Source: Takakia lepidozioides
Lineage: Eukaryota; Plantae; Bryophyta
Length of the DNA: 64,000 nucleotides
Assembly: GCA_030704615.1 (NCBI GenBank)
Contig: CM060733.1
Span: 35,030,001 to 35,094,000 of the forward strand
Direction: 5' to 3'
The position numbers and the translations under genes are program-made. The notes beneath the pieces were generated by a model. That model saw only the letters and a program-made list of their open reading frames with translations. It was not told where the DNA came from and did no database searches. How positions within the stretch are numbered: position 1 is the stretch's first letter; each line of letters starts with the position of its first letter. Shown here one piece after another: positions 26,083 through 37,897 of the stretch.

Positions 26083-28549
26083 CATCAATCAACTCCACTG
26101 AAGTGCGAGGACCGACGCACCTCCAACAACAATCTCATCCGCCTCCGGCTCACAGCTATCCCCGATCTCCAGCCACTTGTACAAATTCTCCAATTTATCG
26201 GGATCCACCTCTCACAAGTGCCAACTACCTAGTACCCGATCTACCATCACGCAGCTCCATGAAAACATACTCATCGATCCTCGCAAGCAAATCCTGGCAG
26301 GCTCACGACGGCTCCCGCTGGAAAGCCTGCCGCTTCCTTGCATCCTCCCGCCCATCGCAGCTCGCCCATTCCACTGCGCTCCGACCGCAGCAGATCCGCG
26401 CGGGCCTCGTGCCGTCACGATCCGCACCGCGGCAGACTGCGCTACTTACTGTACACTGCCCTGGCGGCTTCAACGCTCTGGAGTCTGCTCTGTGCTGGGT
26501 GCGCGCGAGAAAATTGCCACCTGACCCACGTGGCACCACGCTATTGCCCCGTGCCATCGATCGGGGAAAATCTCACTTTATCTGACTCGCCGCGGTTTCG
26601 ATTGGTTGGTCCTTCACTTTTCCGGCGCCGGGGTTTCGGACCGTAACCCTACTTTCCTGGGGTGGACCGAGGAAGTACGAGGATGAACGCTGCGTGGATG
26701 TGACTTGCCTCACCTACCCACTGTACATCTATCCAGAAACCAGGTTTGAAATTTGAAATTCCTGGAATTATGCATGGGTTAAAAAAGCATGTTGCAGTTT
26801 TTTGGGCCAGTTGGCAAGCCTTTAAATTCAACTACGACACGTCTATTTTATATTGCACTGATAATTTATTTATTATTGTTTTCACCAGTAATTGCATGAT
26901 ACTAGGCCTTAAAGGGCTTCCTCCCCTTTTCTTCAATAAAATAACAATAATAATATGGCTATCTGTAAGATTATTGTTTCCTTACTTAATAAAGTCTTAC
27001 AGGGCTACAATCCCCTTGTTCTCTTTAAAATAATAATAATAATAATAATATGCGATAGAACGGGCCTGGCACACTATGGCACGTCTAATATCATTCATTC
27101 ATTGGAAGGGAACCATGTGAAAGCACATCAGACCCCTAATTTTCAACAAATTGGTGTATAACATACAGTAGTAGACTACACGGTTGAAATTAAATGGATT
27201 CTACCCTCTATAAGTGTTCCCTCCATTGTAAGTGTAACCTTCTATATGTCTACTACCGTCGCTTCAAAGGCTAAGTGTTATTTACTATCTGTTGTGCAAG
27301 GATATATGCTCTGTTATTAAGTGGCCCTCAATAAGTGTGTTATTTTCCTCTTAATTTAGGTACCAGGTCTAGTTAAGAAATAACTACATAATACCTCAAA
27401 ACTATGGTAAAAAAAGTTTCTTTTGATAAGTGTTATTTTCTCCTACTATGTACTTTCCTCCCCAACTACTAAGTTCTCCTTTTATTCCACCTAATTGAGT
27501 GACCACTCACTTGGCTGTTAAGTCAACTGAATAAGGGTCCCAAATTCTTGGTCCTCCGGCTAGTAGGAGTGAACTAGCACATCAAAGGTTTTTTCTTTTT
27601 CTTTTTTTTAAAAGAAGGAAAACACCTTGGAGCAACAGTTCACTAACGGGCCCCTTAATTACAGTGAGATGAGAAAATAGCCTCTTTCAGAGTAACCTCG
27701 CCAGCTTGCCAAAAAAAGGAGAGCTCAATGGAATTGCCAATGTGGAGGGAGACCGTTAGGTGTTGGAATGGTTGGTACGTAAGAGACAAGGGCACACCTT
27801 TTAGAGTTTTTGGAGAAGTAGGATAAGTCGGTGGGGCCTCTTTCTAGAAGGCTCCACCAGCGCCTTGATATCTATATATATATGTGACGCCAGCTGAAGC
27901 TACCGTAAATAAGAGCCTCTTCCCCATGCATGTACTGCCCCTTTTTCAGCGGTTGGGCTCTATCGTAACCTGAACAGTGACCACGCAGTGGCTAGCCGAC
28001 CACTTTCAATCTTACGCTTTTTGAGGATAAGAGATGCGAGTGAAGTCATAGCCATAAAATGTATGGTGCATAGAAACGGGGTGGTATGCATGTAAAGCCC
28101 CATATTTGCTTAGCCTAGAAATGGCCCGTTTCATCCAAAACGGCGATACACATCCATAGTATATTTTTTTGGCGTATAAAGTTGTTAAACCGTTACAATG
28201 ATATCTAGGTTAGGGTTAGTTTTTGTTGGTGGCTCGATCCTGGCCCTTCATCAGATCTAGGGCTACAAGGCGGCGCCATGGGCTTTGGCTTGTGACACCT
28301 CGCCACGCGGCGGGCCACTACGGCTAGGGCTTTTGTATAAAGATGGCGCTCTGACACAAGGTCAGGGCGGTGTACTCGGGTGTTAGTGTATATGTGATTT
28401 TGGTGTACAAGCTTTGGATGAGAGCTGCTTTGTGTCAGATCCGTGTGTTTGATCCTCCTCTCGCGCGTTGCTTGCTCTTTACGCTCGCCCCTTTGTTGTG
28501 CAACCTTGCTTCTTGAGATGAAAAGAGTTTATGCTTCAGGCTTGTTTTA

Positions 28550-28558
28550 TGGTGGAGA
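28550..28558 (+). other. Putative primer-binding site (tRNA-Ala 3' end) of the outer element
   Basis: TGGTGGAGA is complementary to ...UCUCCACCA of eukaryotic tRNA-Ala and abuts the end of repeat A1 exactly. Only 9 nt match perfectly. Confidence 0.6.
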
Positions 28559-28662
28559 GAAGCCGGGTACCATAGGCGTTGGTGGATCTTGCCCGCGCTG
28601 TCAGGATCAGTTAGGTCATTTTCGCGGGATCTGTTCTACATCCTGCTGCCTAAGTGGTTCGC

Positions 28663-31600
28663 TGTCGCGGCCCTTTGCCTTGAGGGCAGGGGGTCAGGAC
28701 ACGAGAGGGGCTACCCCTGTGGTGGGGGCAGTGGTGACAATAGATGCGGGGGCTAAAGCACCCTTGAGTGCCCAAGGCACTCAAGGAGGCGGAGGCGCTC
28801 ACTAGGTGGAGCCCCGCACACCGGGTTGCGGTGGGGGTGGTTCCACGAGGGGTGGTGCTTAGTGGGACTTAGTGGGGGTGGCATAGGACTCACCATGGGG
28901 GCGGAGACCTTGTGGTGGGAGTCGTGGGGAGTCTTGGGACTCATCACAGTCCAATGGGACCGTGGTGAGTGGGCCAAGACTCACCGCGACTCATCACCGG
29001 GAATCGAGGGTTTTCATGGTGGTTCGCCATAAAATGGCATGGTTGTTTGTGAAACCCCCACGGACAGTCACAGAAGTATATATAGGGAGTAGTAACCCCG
29101 AGAACGGTGCAAGCCCGTTGGTGACCAAAAACTAGTGAATAAGCGTGCGAGCTGGAAAGCGACAAAAGGTGTGGGGAGCTAATCCGGACTGCCATCGACC
29201 AAAGGGAATTTCCACTAGGCCCAAATTGGGATAGGGTCTTGTGGAGGAGTAAAGGGGGACCGTTATGTCCCGGTGAGCAGCCGAAGCTCCGAGTTGGCCC
29301 GGCGGCCAGTTAGGGAGTTAGGCGCGCGCATCAGAGCGAGTAACTATAACTTGAAGGGGAGCTTACCGAAGTGAGGTGCGCGACACTTGGTATCAGAGCT
29401 TAGAGTTCAGTACGCGATCGTCCTTGGGATCGGCCTCATCATGGGGTCGGGCAAGCCAAAACGAAAGCGGAATGGCCTGAAAGATGATGATCCCGGTGAG
29501 CCCAATGGTGGCGACGTGTCACCGAAGCGGCCATTTAAGGAAGCGATGCATGCTTTTGAAAATGAGGCCGCTCAAGAACGGGAGGAATCTGAGGAGTCAG
29601 AGCCCGAGGAATTTCAGAGAGCTCCGACAGACCAACATATGCCTCCCATGCCAGCAGCCTTTTGGGAAGGGTCGTTGGCGCAGTTTGGCGGGACGTTGAA
29701 AGACGTATTGAAGGCGGCTAATGTCACTTCCACTAAGGCAAAGTTTAAGGTGAAGCCTAAGGAACCCGGCACCTTCGAGGGCGTCCAAAATCGGAAGGCA
29801 CTCAACATCTGGCTCCTGGAGCTAGAGCAGTACTTCCGGGCGGCCAAATTGAGTGACGAGGATCGGTGGAAGTGGCTCCCACCTATTTGAGGGGCTATGC
29901 TCATCAATGGTACGCCTTCACGACCGAGGTCCAAACCCGGAAATCTTGAACTGGAGTGGGTTCAAGGAACTGATGAAGAGACAGTTTGTGCCCCTCAACG
30001 CGTCCTGGCTTGCGCCGAGACAAGATGAGGAATCTGAAGCAAACGGATGACATTCGGGAATATGTTCAGGCTTTCAATGTACTGTTGCTCGAAGTCGCGG
30101 ACATGGCAGAACCAGAAATGGTCTTCAACTTTGTGGCGGGACTGGCCCCATGGGCCAGACGGAAGTTGGAGGAGAAGCCACCTAAGACTTTGAACGAGGC
30201 AATTGAGAGGGCTGAATGTTTCTCGGATGTCCCTAGGGGCGAAAGCCAAGGCCGTACGGAGCTGAACCACAAGAAAACCCGGCGGGAGGGTGACTCCTTC
30301 TGACCGGAAAATAAGTGGGATAGGCCACGGGGCGACAATGACACATGGAAATCGAAGGGAGGGCCCTCACACGTCAAGACGGCACCCGGTGCCCCGAAAG
30401 GAAAACTAGGTGCGGCGGCTTATGGCGGGCAGAAGGCGACCTTCGATGGAGTGTGCTTTAATTGCGGGGAACCCGGGCACATGGCAAAAAAGTGCGCAAA
30501 ACCCCGACAATTGAACATGACTCGGGCAACCACGGAGTTGTTCGAGGATTCCATTAGCCGCTTGGTGGAGGCAGTGGTTGCCAAGACTTGCAAGGTAGGC
30601 AACTACTCTTGTGAGTTGTATCAGGAGACTAACGCCCTGCGTAAAGGGAGTCAATTATTGTTCGTGAGTGGGATAATTTCCGGAACTAACGTGTCGATGT
30701 TGGTGGACACAGGAGCGTCGCACTCCTTCATGACACCGGCAACGGCACGGAAGCTGGGACTTCCGACAAGTGATGTAGGGGCCTCTATTGAGGTGCGTTC
30801 TGCCAAAGGAGAACCACAATTGGCGACGAGGTTGGCGTTCAATGTTCCTCTTCAGCTCGGGAGTTGGGAGGGACGTGAGAACTTCACCATTTGCGAGATC
30901 GATGGAGTGGATCTCATTTTGGGAATGACCTTTTTAAGCAAATCCGGAGCGGTCATAGATGGCCGTAAGAGAGTAGTCACACTACCGTGTGGGAATGGTG
31001 GCGAAGTTTTAAGAGTGTCGAAAACGCCCAACCCAGTGGGAGGGCGAATAAACCTGTTGACAACAAAGGAGTGGGCCGTGGATGAGCCACACGAGCCCCA
31101 GTTTCTGCTTTACGTGAGACAAATGAAAGGAGAAGGCGATAGGGAGCCGACCTCAGATTGGATCAAGGGGATTTTGGAGAAATACCAGGATGTGATGCCG
31201 GAGGATTTACCAAGCGGCTTGTCACCGTGAAGAGGAGTTGACCACAAGATTGAGGTGATACCGGGATCAGAGCCGCCTGCCAAGACGCCCTACCAGTTGA
31301 GCCACAAAGAGTTGGTCGAGCTAAAGACTCAGCTCAAGGATCTAATGTCAAAGGGGTACATCCGGCCGAGTAAGTCACCTTACGGAGCCCCGGTGCTATT
31401 CGCAGACAAGAAAGATGGGACGCTGCGGATGTGTGTCCATTACAGGGCTCTAAATAAGGTGACTATCAAAAACCGGTACCCTTTGCCAAGGATCGACGAC
31501 CTCTTTGATCGGTTGGCAGGAGCAAAGTATTTCAGCCGGATCGATTTGCTCTCCGGCTACCATCAAATTTGAGTGGCGGAAGGAGACGAGGAGAAGACCG

Positions 31601-34600
31601 CGTGCAGGACAAGGTATGGTTCATATGAGTTCTTGGTGATGCATTTTGGGCTCACCAACGCACCCGCGACCTTTAGCTTAATGAACAGCCTTTTCCAGGA
31701 GTGGTTGGATGATTTTGTGATCGTGTACATCGACGACATCTTGGTGTACTCGAAAACAAAGGAAGAGCACCTGGAGCACCTAAAAAGGGTGTTCCAGAAA
31801 TTACGGGAATGGAAGTTGTATGCCAAAGCTTCAAAGTGCAAATTCGGGGTCACAAAAGTGGAGTTCCTGGGGCATGTGATTACACAGGATGGGATGAAAA
31901 TGGATGACAGAAAGGTGAGGGCGATCTTGGACTGGGAGCCTCCGACTTCGGTCCCGGGAGTGCGATCCTTCTTAAGACTCGCCTCCTATTACCGAAAGTA
32001 TGTGAGAAATTTTGCCAAGATCGCGGGGTCGTTGTCAAACCTTCTGTGTAAATCCAAGGTATGGGTATGGAACACATTTTGTGGCCAAGCTTTTGCCGAG
32101 TTGAAGCAGCGGATGGCGGAAGCTCCATTCCTGAAAATCCCGGAGTTCGACCGCCCATTTGAGATTCATATAAATGCGTCGGACTTCGCGATTGGAGGTG
32201 TACTCGTGCAGGATGGACGTCCAGTGGCTTACGAAAGTAAGAAACTGAATGAAGTGGAGCGACGGTGGCCAACGCACGAGAAAGAGATGAAAGCGGTGGT
32301 GCATTGCCGCCACTATGTTGGTTCCAACCCGGTGAAGGTGTTCACGGACAATGTCACGGTGAAGTATTTTGCCACGCAGCCTAAGTTGTCCCCAAAACAA
32401 CTTAGGTGGCAAGACACTTTGGCGGTGTACGACGTGGATATCCAGTACAAACCGGGACGGGACAATGTGGTGGCCGATGCTTTCAGTAGAAAGCAGCAGC
32501 TCATGCTAGTGTACAAGGGCGAGACCGCGCTCCAGAGGAAGATCCGGAAGGCTTACCGGAAGGATGAGATGACGAAGTCCGTGATGCGGGACTTGAGGAT
32601 GGGGGTTAAATTGCAATTCCACTTGCAAAATGGACTACTCCGGTACAAGCAAAAACGTCTCTACGTGCCGAAGGGAGGAATCAGAGATAGTCTCTTGAGA
32701 GAAAGCCATGATGGCCCGCTTGCGGGCCACGGCAGAGCCAAGCGCACCGCGGCACTCTTGAAGAAAGAGTATTCCTGGCCCAAACTGAGGGAGGAGGCCG
32801 AGGAGTATGTCAAGACATGCACCACATGCCAACAAAATCGGAACGAGTACAAAAAGCAAACGGGGCTGTTACAACCCTTGCCGATTCCAGAGGGGTCTTG
32901 GGAAAGTGTCTCGATGGATTTCATGACTGCTATGCCGCTGTCAAAAGGATTCGACGCAATCACGGTGGTGGATAGGTTCAGTAAAATGGGCCATTTCATC
33001 CCCACCAAGGAGATGGCAACGGCGCAGGAGACGGGGCGACTTAACTTCGCCCACGTCTTCTAGCATCATGGACTCCCGAAGGATATTGTCTCGGACCGCG
33101 ATCCAAAGTTTACAAGTAAGTTTTGGAGGGCACTTTGGAAGAAAATAGGGACGAGGCTCAAAATGAGCACCGCCTTCCGACCTACGACGGACGGCCAAAC
33201 GGAAAGGGTGAATTCCATGGTGAAGCAGATCTTGCAGAATTACGTGTCGGCAGACCAATCGGACTGGGTGGAGCACTTGGATGCGGCAGAGTTCTGTTAT
33301 AATAACACAAAACATTCCGCAACGGGAGTTTCCCCCTCCGTATTGGTTTATGGAAAAGCACCTCTGGTGCCAACAAGTTGGGCCGCCCAAGACGTTGAGG
33401 AACCGGCAGCAGCAGCAGTGCTGGAAGAACGCGAGCGTTTGTTGAAGCTCGCAAAGTACAACATTGCCAAAGCTAGGAAACGGTATGAACGGCAGGCGAA
33501 TCGGAAGCGGAGGGAGGTTAAGTTTGAGGCAGGCACGGAGGTCTGGTTGAACATCAAGAATTTTCGACTACCTCCGGAAGTGAGTCTGAAGTTCGTACCT
33601 CCGTATGCGGGACCTTTTCGCATTCGGAAGGTTATGAATGAGAATGTGTATGAACTAGAGCTGCCGGCAAACAACAAGGTATTCCACGTCTCCCTTTTGA
33701 AGCCTTACTTCAAAGATGAAGCGCGTCCAAATCGGCCTCAAGTGTTTCGTCCGCCACCTGTGCTATTGGATCATGAAAATGAACCTGAGTACGAGGAAGA
33801 GGCAGTGCTTAAGTCGAGGAGGTTCAAGAATCGAGAAACAGAGTATCTCGTGAAATGGAAGGGCTATCATCATGTGGAGGCATCTTGGGTGCGTGCCTCA
33901 GAAACGGGGAACGCATCCGAGGCGGTTGCAGCTTTCGAAGGGCGACCTCAAAAGCAGAAGAAGCGTTGATGGGGACATCAACCTTGGAGCATGGGGGAGG
34001 AAATGCATGCTTAGCCCGGCTTAGCTAGCTCAGGAATCCGATTGCAAAAACTTGTATTGTACAAATTTTGCTATAAATGAAATGGTTTCCAAATGTTGTG
34101 CGTCCTATTTTGTTTGGACTGGTGATGCATGGTATGGTTGGCTAGTGTGTAGAATGCATGCTAAGCTTACAAAGTGGGAGAGGTAAATTGGATTAATCGT
34201 GTGTTTGTGTAGTGCCGAAATCGGGTGACTCCCACCCAAGGGGCAAGGAAACTTGCACCTTCATTGGGAGTTCACGTGCTAGTGCGCACCTGGCGCGTGC
34301 GCGTACTATAACTGCACTACCGAGGGGTTGCCTTGTAGTGCGGGCTAACGCAGAAGCTACGTGCTTCCGTTCACGTACTATAATCGTGTAGCCTCGGGAC
34401 GAAGTCGTAGTGCGGCTTGGCGTGTTCCCGTACCTCAGGCCAGCATTCCAAGGCGGACCCAATTGTAGTGATTGGGGCGCACGGTTGGTTCAAGGTTATC
34501 TTCCTAGTCAAAAAGGGTTCAAGGCGAACCCTTGCTCAAGGTGATGCCAAGAAGCGACATCACGAGCGGTCGCAAGCAAATATTGTTGCAGTAAGGCGAT

Positions 34601-35599
34601 TTGATCCTCGGGGAGGATCGTTCTTTGGCCCTGAAGTGGGTCAAGAAGAGTGCACTGGGAGGAGCTTGAGAGGCCCCACCCTTGGCCGGGACTTGGAGGA
34701 AGTCGGCCGAACTAGCTAGTGGAGAGTAGAGTCAAGTGGGGGTTTGGTTCTTAGCCATGGGACGCCATGGTGCAGAAACAAACTCCTTGATGTGGGACGC
34801 CACAACTTGGATGTTCGTTTCTACAAAATAGACAAGTCGATGAGGACATCGACTCCCTGTTGGTAGGGGTGTGTGTCGCGGCCCTTCGCCTTGAGGGCAG
34901 GGGGTCGGGACACGAGAGGGGCTACCCCTGTGGTGGGGGCAATGGCGACAATAGATGCGGGGGCTAAAGCACCCTTGAGTGCCCAAGGCACTCAAGGAGG
35001 CGGAGGCGCTCGCTAGGTGGAGCCCCGCACACCGGGTTGCGGTGGGGGTGGTTCCACGAGGGGTGGTGGTAGCTTAGTGGGACTTAGTGGGGGTGGCATA
35101 GGACTCACCATGGGGGCGGAGACCTTGTGGTGGGAGTCGTGGGGAGTCTTGGGACTCATCACGGTCCAATGGGACCGTGGTGAGTGGGCCAAGACTCACC
35201 GCGACTCATCACCAGGAATCGAGGGTTTTCGTGGTGGTTCGCCATAAAATGGCATGGTTGTTTGTGAAACCCCCGCGGACAGTCACAGAAGTATATATAG
35301 GGAGTAGTAACCCCGAGAACGGTGCAAGCCCGTTGGTGACCAAAAACTAGTGAGTAAGCGTGCGAGCCGGAAAGCGACCAAGGTGTGGGGAGCTAATCCG
35401 GACTGTCATCGACCAAAGGGAATTTCCACTAGGCCCAAAATGGGAGAGGGTCTTGTGGAGGAGTAAAGGGGGACTGTTATGTCCCGGTGAGCAGCCGAAG
35501 CTCCGAGTTGGCCCGGTGGCCAGTTAGGGAGTTAGGTGCGCGCATCAGAGCGAGTAACTATGACTTAAAGGGGAGCTTACCGAAGTGAGGTGCACGACA
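28663..35599 (+). mobile_element. Full-length Ty3/gypsy chromovirus LTR retrotransposon (decayed)
   Basis: LTRs 28663-29385 and 34874-35599 (TGTCG...CGACA, ~97% identical by manual count). TSD TTCGC at 28658-28662 and 35600-35604. tRNA-iMet PBS TGGTATCAGAGC at 29388-29399. Confidence 0.96.
29441..33969 (+). pseudogene. Chromovirus gag-pol: Gag with CCHC knuckle, aspartic protease, RT, RNase H, integrase, chromodomain
   Basis: Motifs CFNCGEPGHMAKKC, VDTGASHSF, YIDDILVYS, ASDFAIGGVL, H...H...CTTC, TDGQTERVN, GPF and EYLVKWKGY...ASW. Interrupted by frameshifts and by stops at 30301, 31228, 31570 and 33061. Confidence 0.95.
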
Positions 35600-37897
35600 T
35601 TCGCTAATGCGTGTTATCAATGGCGGCTCCTCGCCTTGCCATATTTTCTCCTGCTGTTGCGATATTATCGTCTCACGATGCGCGTTGGGGTGTGATTGCA
35701 GGGGATGGCTGTCGTTCGTGACTTGTCTTGTGTAGCTTGTAGAGAGGGGGAGAGCCTATTTCTTCATATTAGTGTGGCGATTACAGTGGATGCTAATCCT
35801 AGTGTGGAGACTGACCCTGCTGCCACTTCCTATTCCGCTGGTGTTGTTATTGTTGCTCCTCCCGTTGTTGAAGCTAACCCTGCTGACGTTCGTGCTGTTG
35901 CTAACACTACCGACGGCGCGACGCCTGGCAGTGTTGTCTTGCCAGCGTCGCCACTTCCTGAGCCTGCTACTTGCGTTCCAGCCCTTCTTGTTTCATTGGG
36001 TTCTCCTAGTGGTAGTGATTATGACAATTTAGATGAGGCAGAGGCGTGGTCGCCAAGGTTTGAGAAATCTGACAGCTCTCTAGATAGTTGTGACCCGGAA
36101 TACTATAATTTTGACAACTTTGTTGATCCGGGCCCTAAATATTTCGAGAGTAGGCAGCAAGCAGCAGAGTTAGATAGAGATATCGAGTTGTCGCAGGAAG
36201 TAGATGATTTGTTGCGTGAGATATGTGACAAGGATCAGCTTTGGTTTGAGCATGTAGAAAGAGCTGTCGTGGGTGATCTTGCTGCATTAACCAGTCATCA
36301 CGAGGCCCTATTCACACGACCTTTGCTGGAGCCTGGTGCGGTAGTGTCCAGAGCTTGCTAAGCGAGAATTTGAGTTACGCAAGTGAACTTGAACGATCAA
36401 GTCGCGTTTTCTGCACCATCGTGAATTGACCTGGCTAGAAGTTGGCTTGTATTTACCTCTTTATGGTGTTCGAAGTGCGGAGCTTCATCATGGCCCTGGT
36501 GTGGTAGGGCGAAGTTGGTTGTCGTTAATGTTACAAGGCACGGGGGCTGTGATCTTGAGGGCACTACGGTTTCAGCTCCAGCCGTGCGCCTTGGCGTCTA
36601 CTTATTCACAGTTGGTTGATGGTCTGAAAGGTAGGGCCTTGATAGTGCAGTCATCTGATCTAGTGGTCTTGGGTGTGGGTACTACCTTTGCTTCACAACG
36701 AGTGGTTCGCCCGAGGCATTTGAGAGATTGAGTGACTATTCAAACTCGGCTGTGCTTTCGCGCACATGGAGAGAGGGTGACACAACCTGCGTTGGTTTTT
36801 GGCTTAAGAGAGCTGACGGTTGGGAGTGGCTGGTGTTGGGGGTCTACGTGTTGCAGTCACACAAGGTGCTGAGGGTGGTATATTGTTCCACTTGGGTTCC
36901 AGAGGACAGCTCGCCAAGTGCTCGGCCCACTCTCCATATCTTTGCTGCTTAAAGTGCAGTCATGGATGATCAGCTACATGTTGCGCTACTCCAGCGATGC
37001 CAATCAGGGCGTTCGCCAGCTGGCCTTTCCGAGTCTTTGCGTAAACAAATTCTCTATCATGTGTCTACTCACCGTTTTATGGGTGATAAGCTTTTCAAGG
37101 AGCTCACTAGAGGGGGAGTGCCATGCTACTTGGAGGTGCCACCACGGAGCCAGCTGAATGCTTTATTGGAGCGTTTCCATTGTTCTTTGTATGCATGTCA
37201 CCTTGGTATCAAGAAAACTGTGGCCCGCATCCAAGAGGTAAATTATTGGCTGGGAATTCGCCAAGACGTCACCGAGTTCATCTCTAAGTGTGAAGGTTAT
37301 CGTGCTAACATTGCTCTCCCTAGGGCCTGGATCTTGTATGAGCTACATCATTTGTCTGTCACCCATGCTTTTGCTCGTGTTGGCATTGACTTGGTAGGAC
37401 CCATTGCACTCACATCAAAGGGTCGAAGCTACCTTTGTGTTGCTACTGACTACTTGACTAAGTGGGTAGAAGTTCGCCCTTTGCGTTCCAAGGCTAGTGA
37501 TGTTGTAGCTCAGTTCTTCTTCAATGAGATCCTTATGCGGCATTGGTGTCCTCGGGAGATACTAATGGATCAGGGCAAGGAGTTTTGTAACCAGCTCCTC
37601 ACGGTGATTTGCTTCAACTTCGGTGTTAAGCATTCCACCACCGTCCCATACTATCCCCAGATCAATGGCCTCACGGAACGCTTCAACCAAACTTTTTGCC
37701 GAATGTTGGAGAAGAATGGCACACTTACCAGGGAATGGGATACATTTCTTCCCTCTATTCTCTTTGCTTATCGCACCGACGTGCATGCTAGCACCAATAA
37801 GACTCATTTTGAGTTGTTGTATGGTCGCAACTACTGTTGCTGATCCGGTTGATCTTGAGACCTTTGTTGAGGATCTTCATGCTCGGCATGCAGTGTC

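Noticed and set aside
27311-27664. Possible MITE (ctgttattaagtggccc / gggccccttaattacag)
   Set aside because: Only a 17-bp imperfect inverted match, with no TSD and no second copy in the window.
30301-33063. In-frame TGA/TAG stops in pol as programmed readthrough or U-to-C editing sites
   Set aside because: Several are consistent with methyl-C deamination (CGA>TGA), and frameshifts accompany them; ordinary decay explains them.
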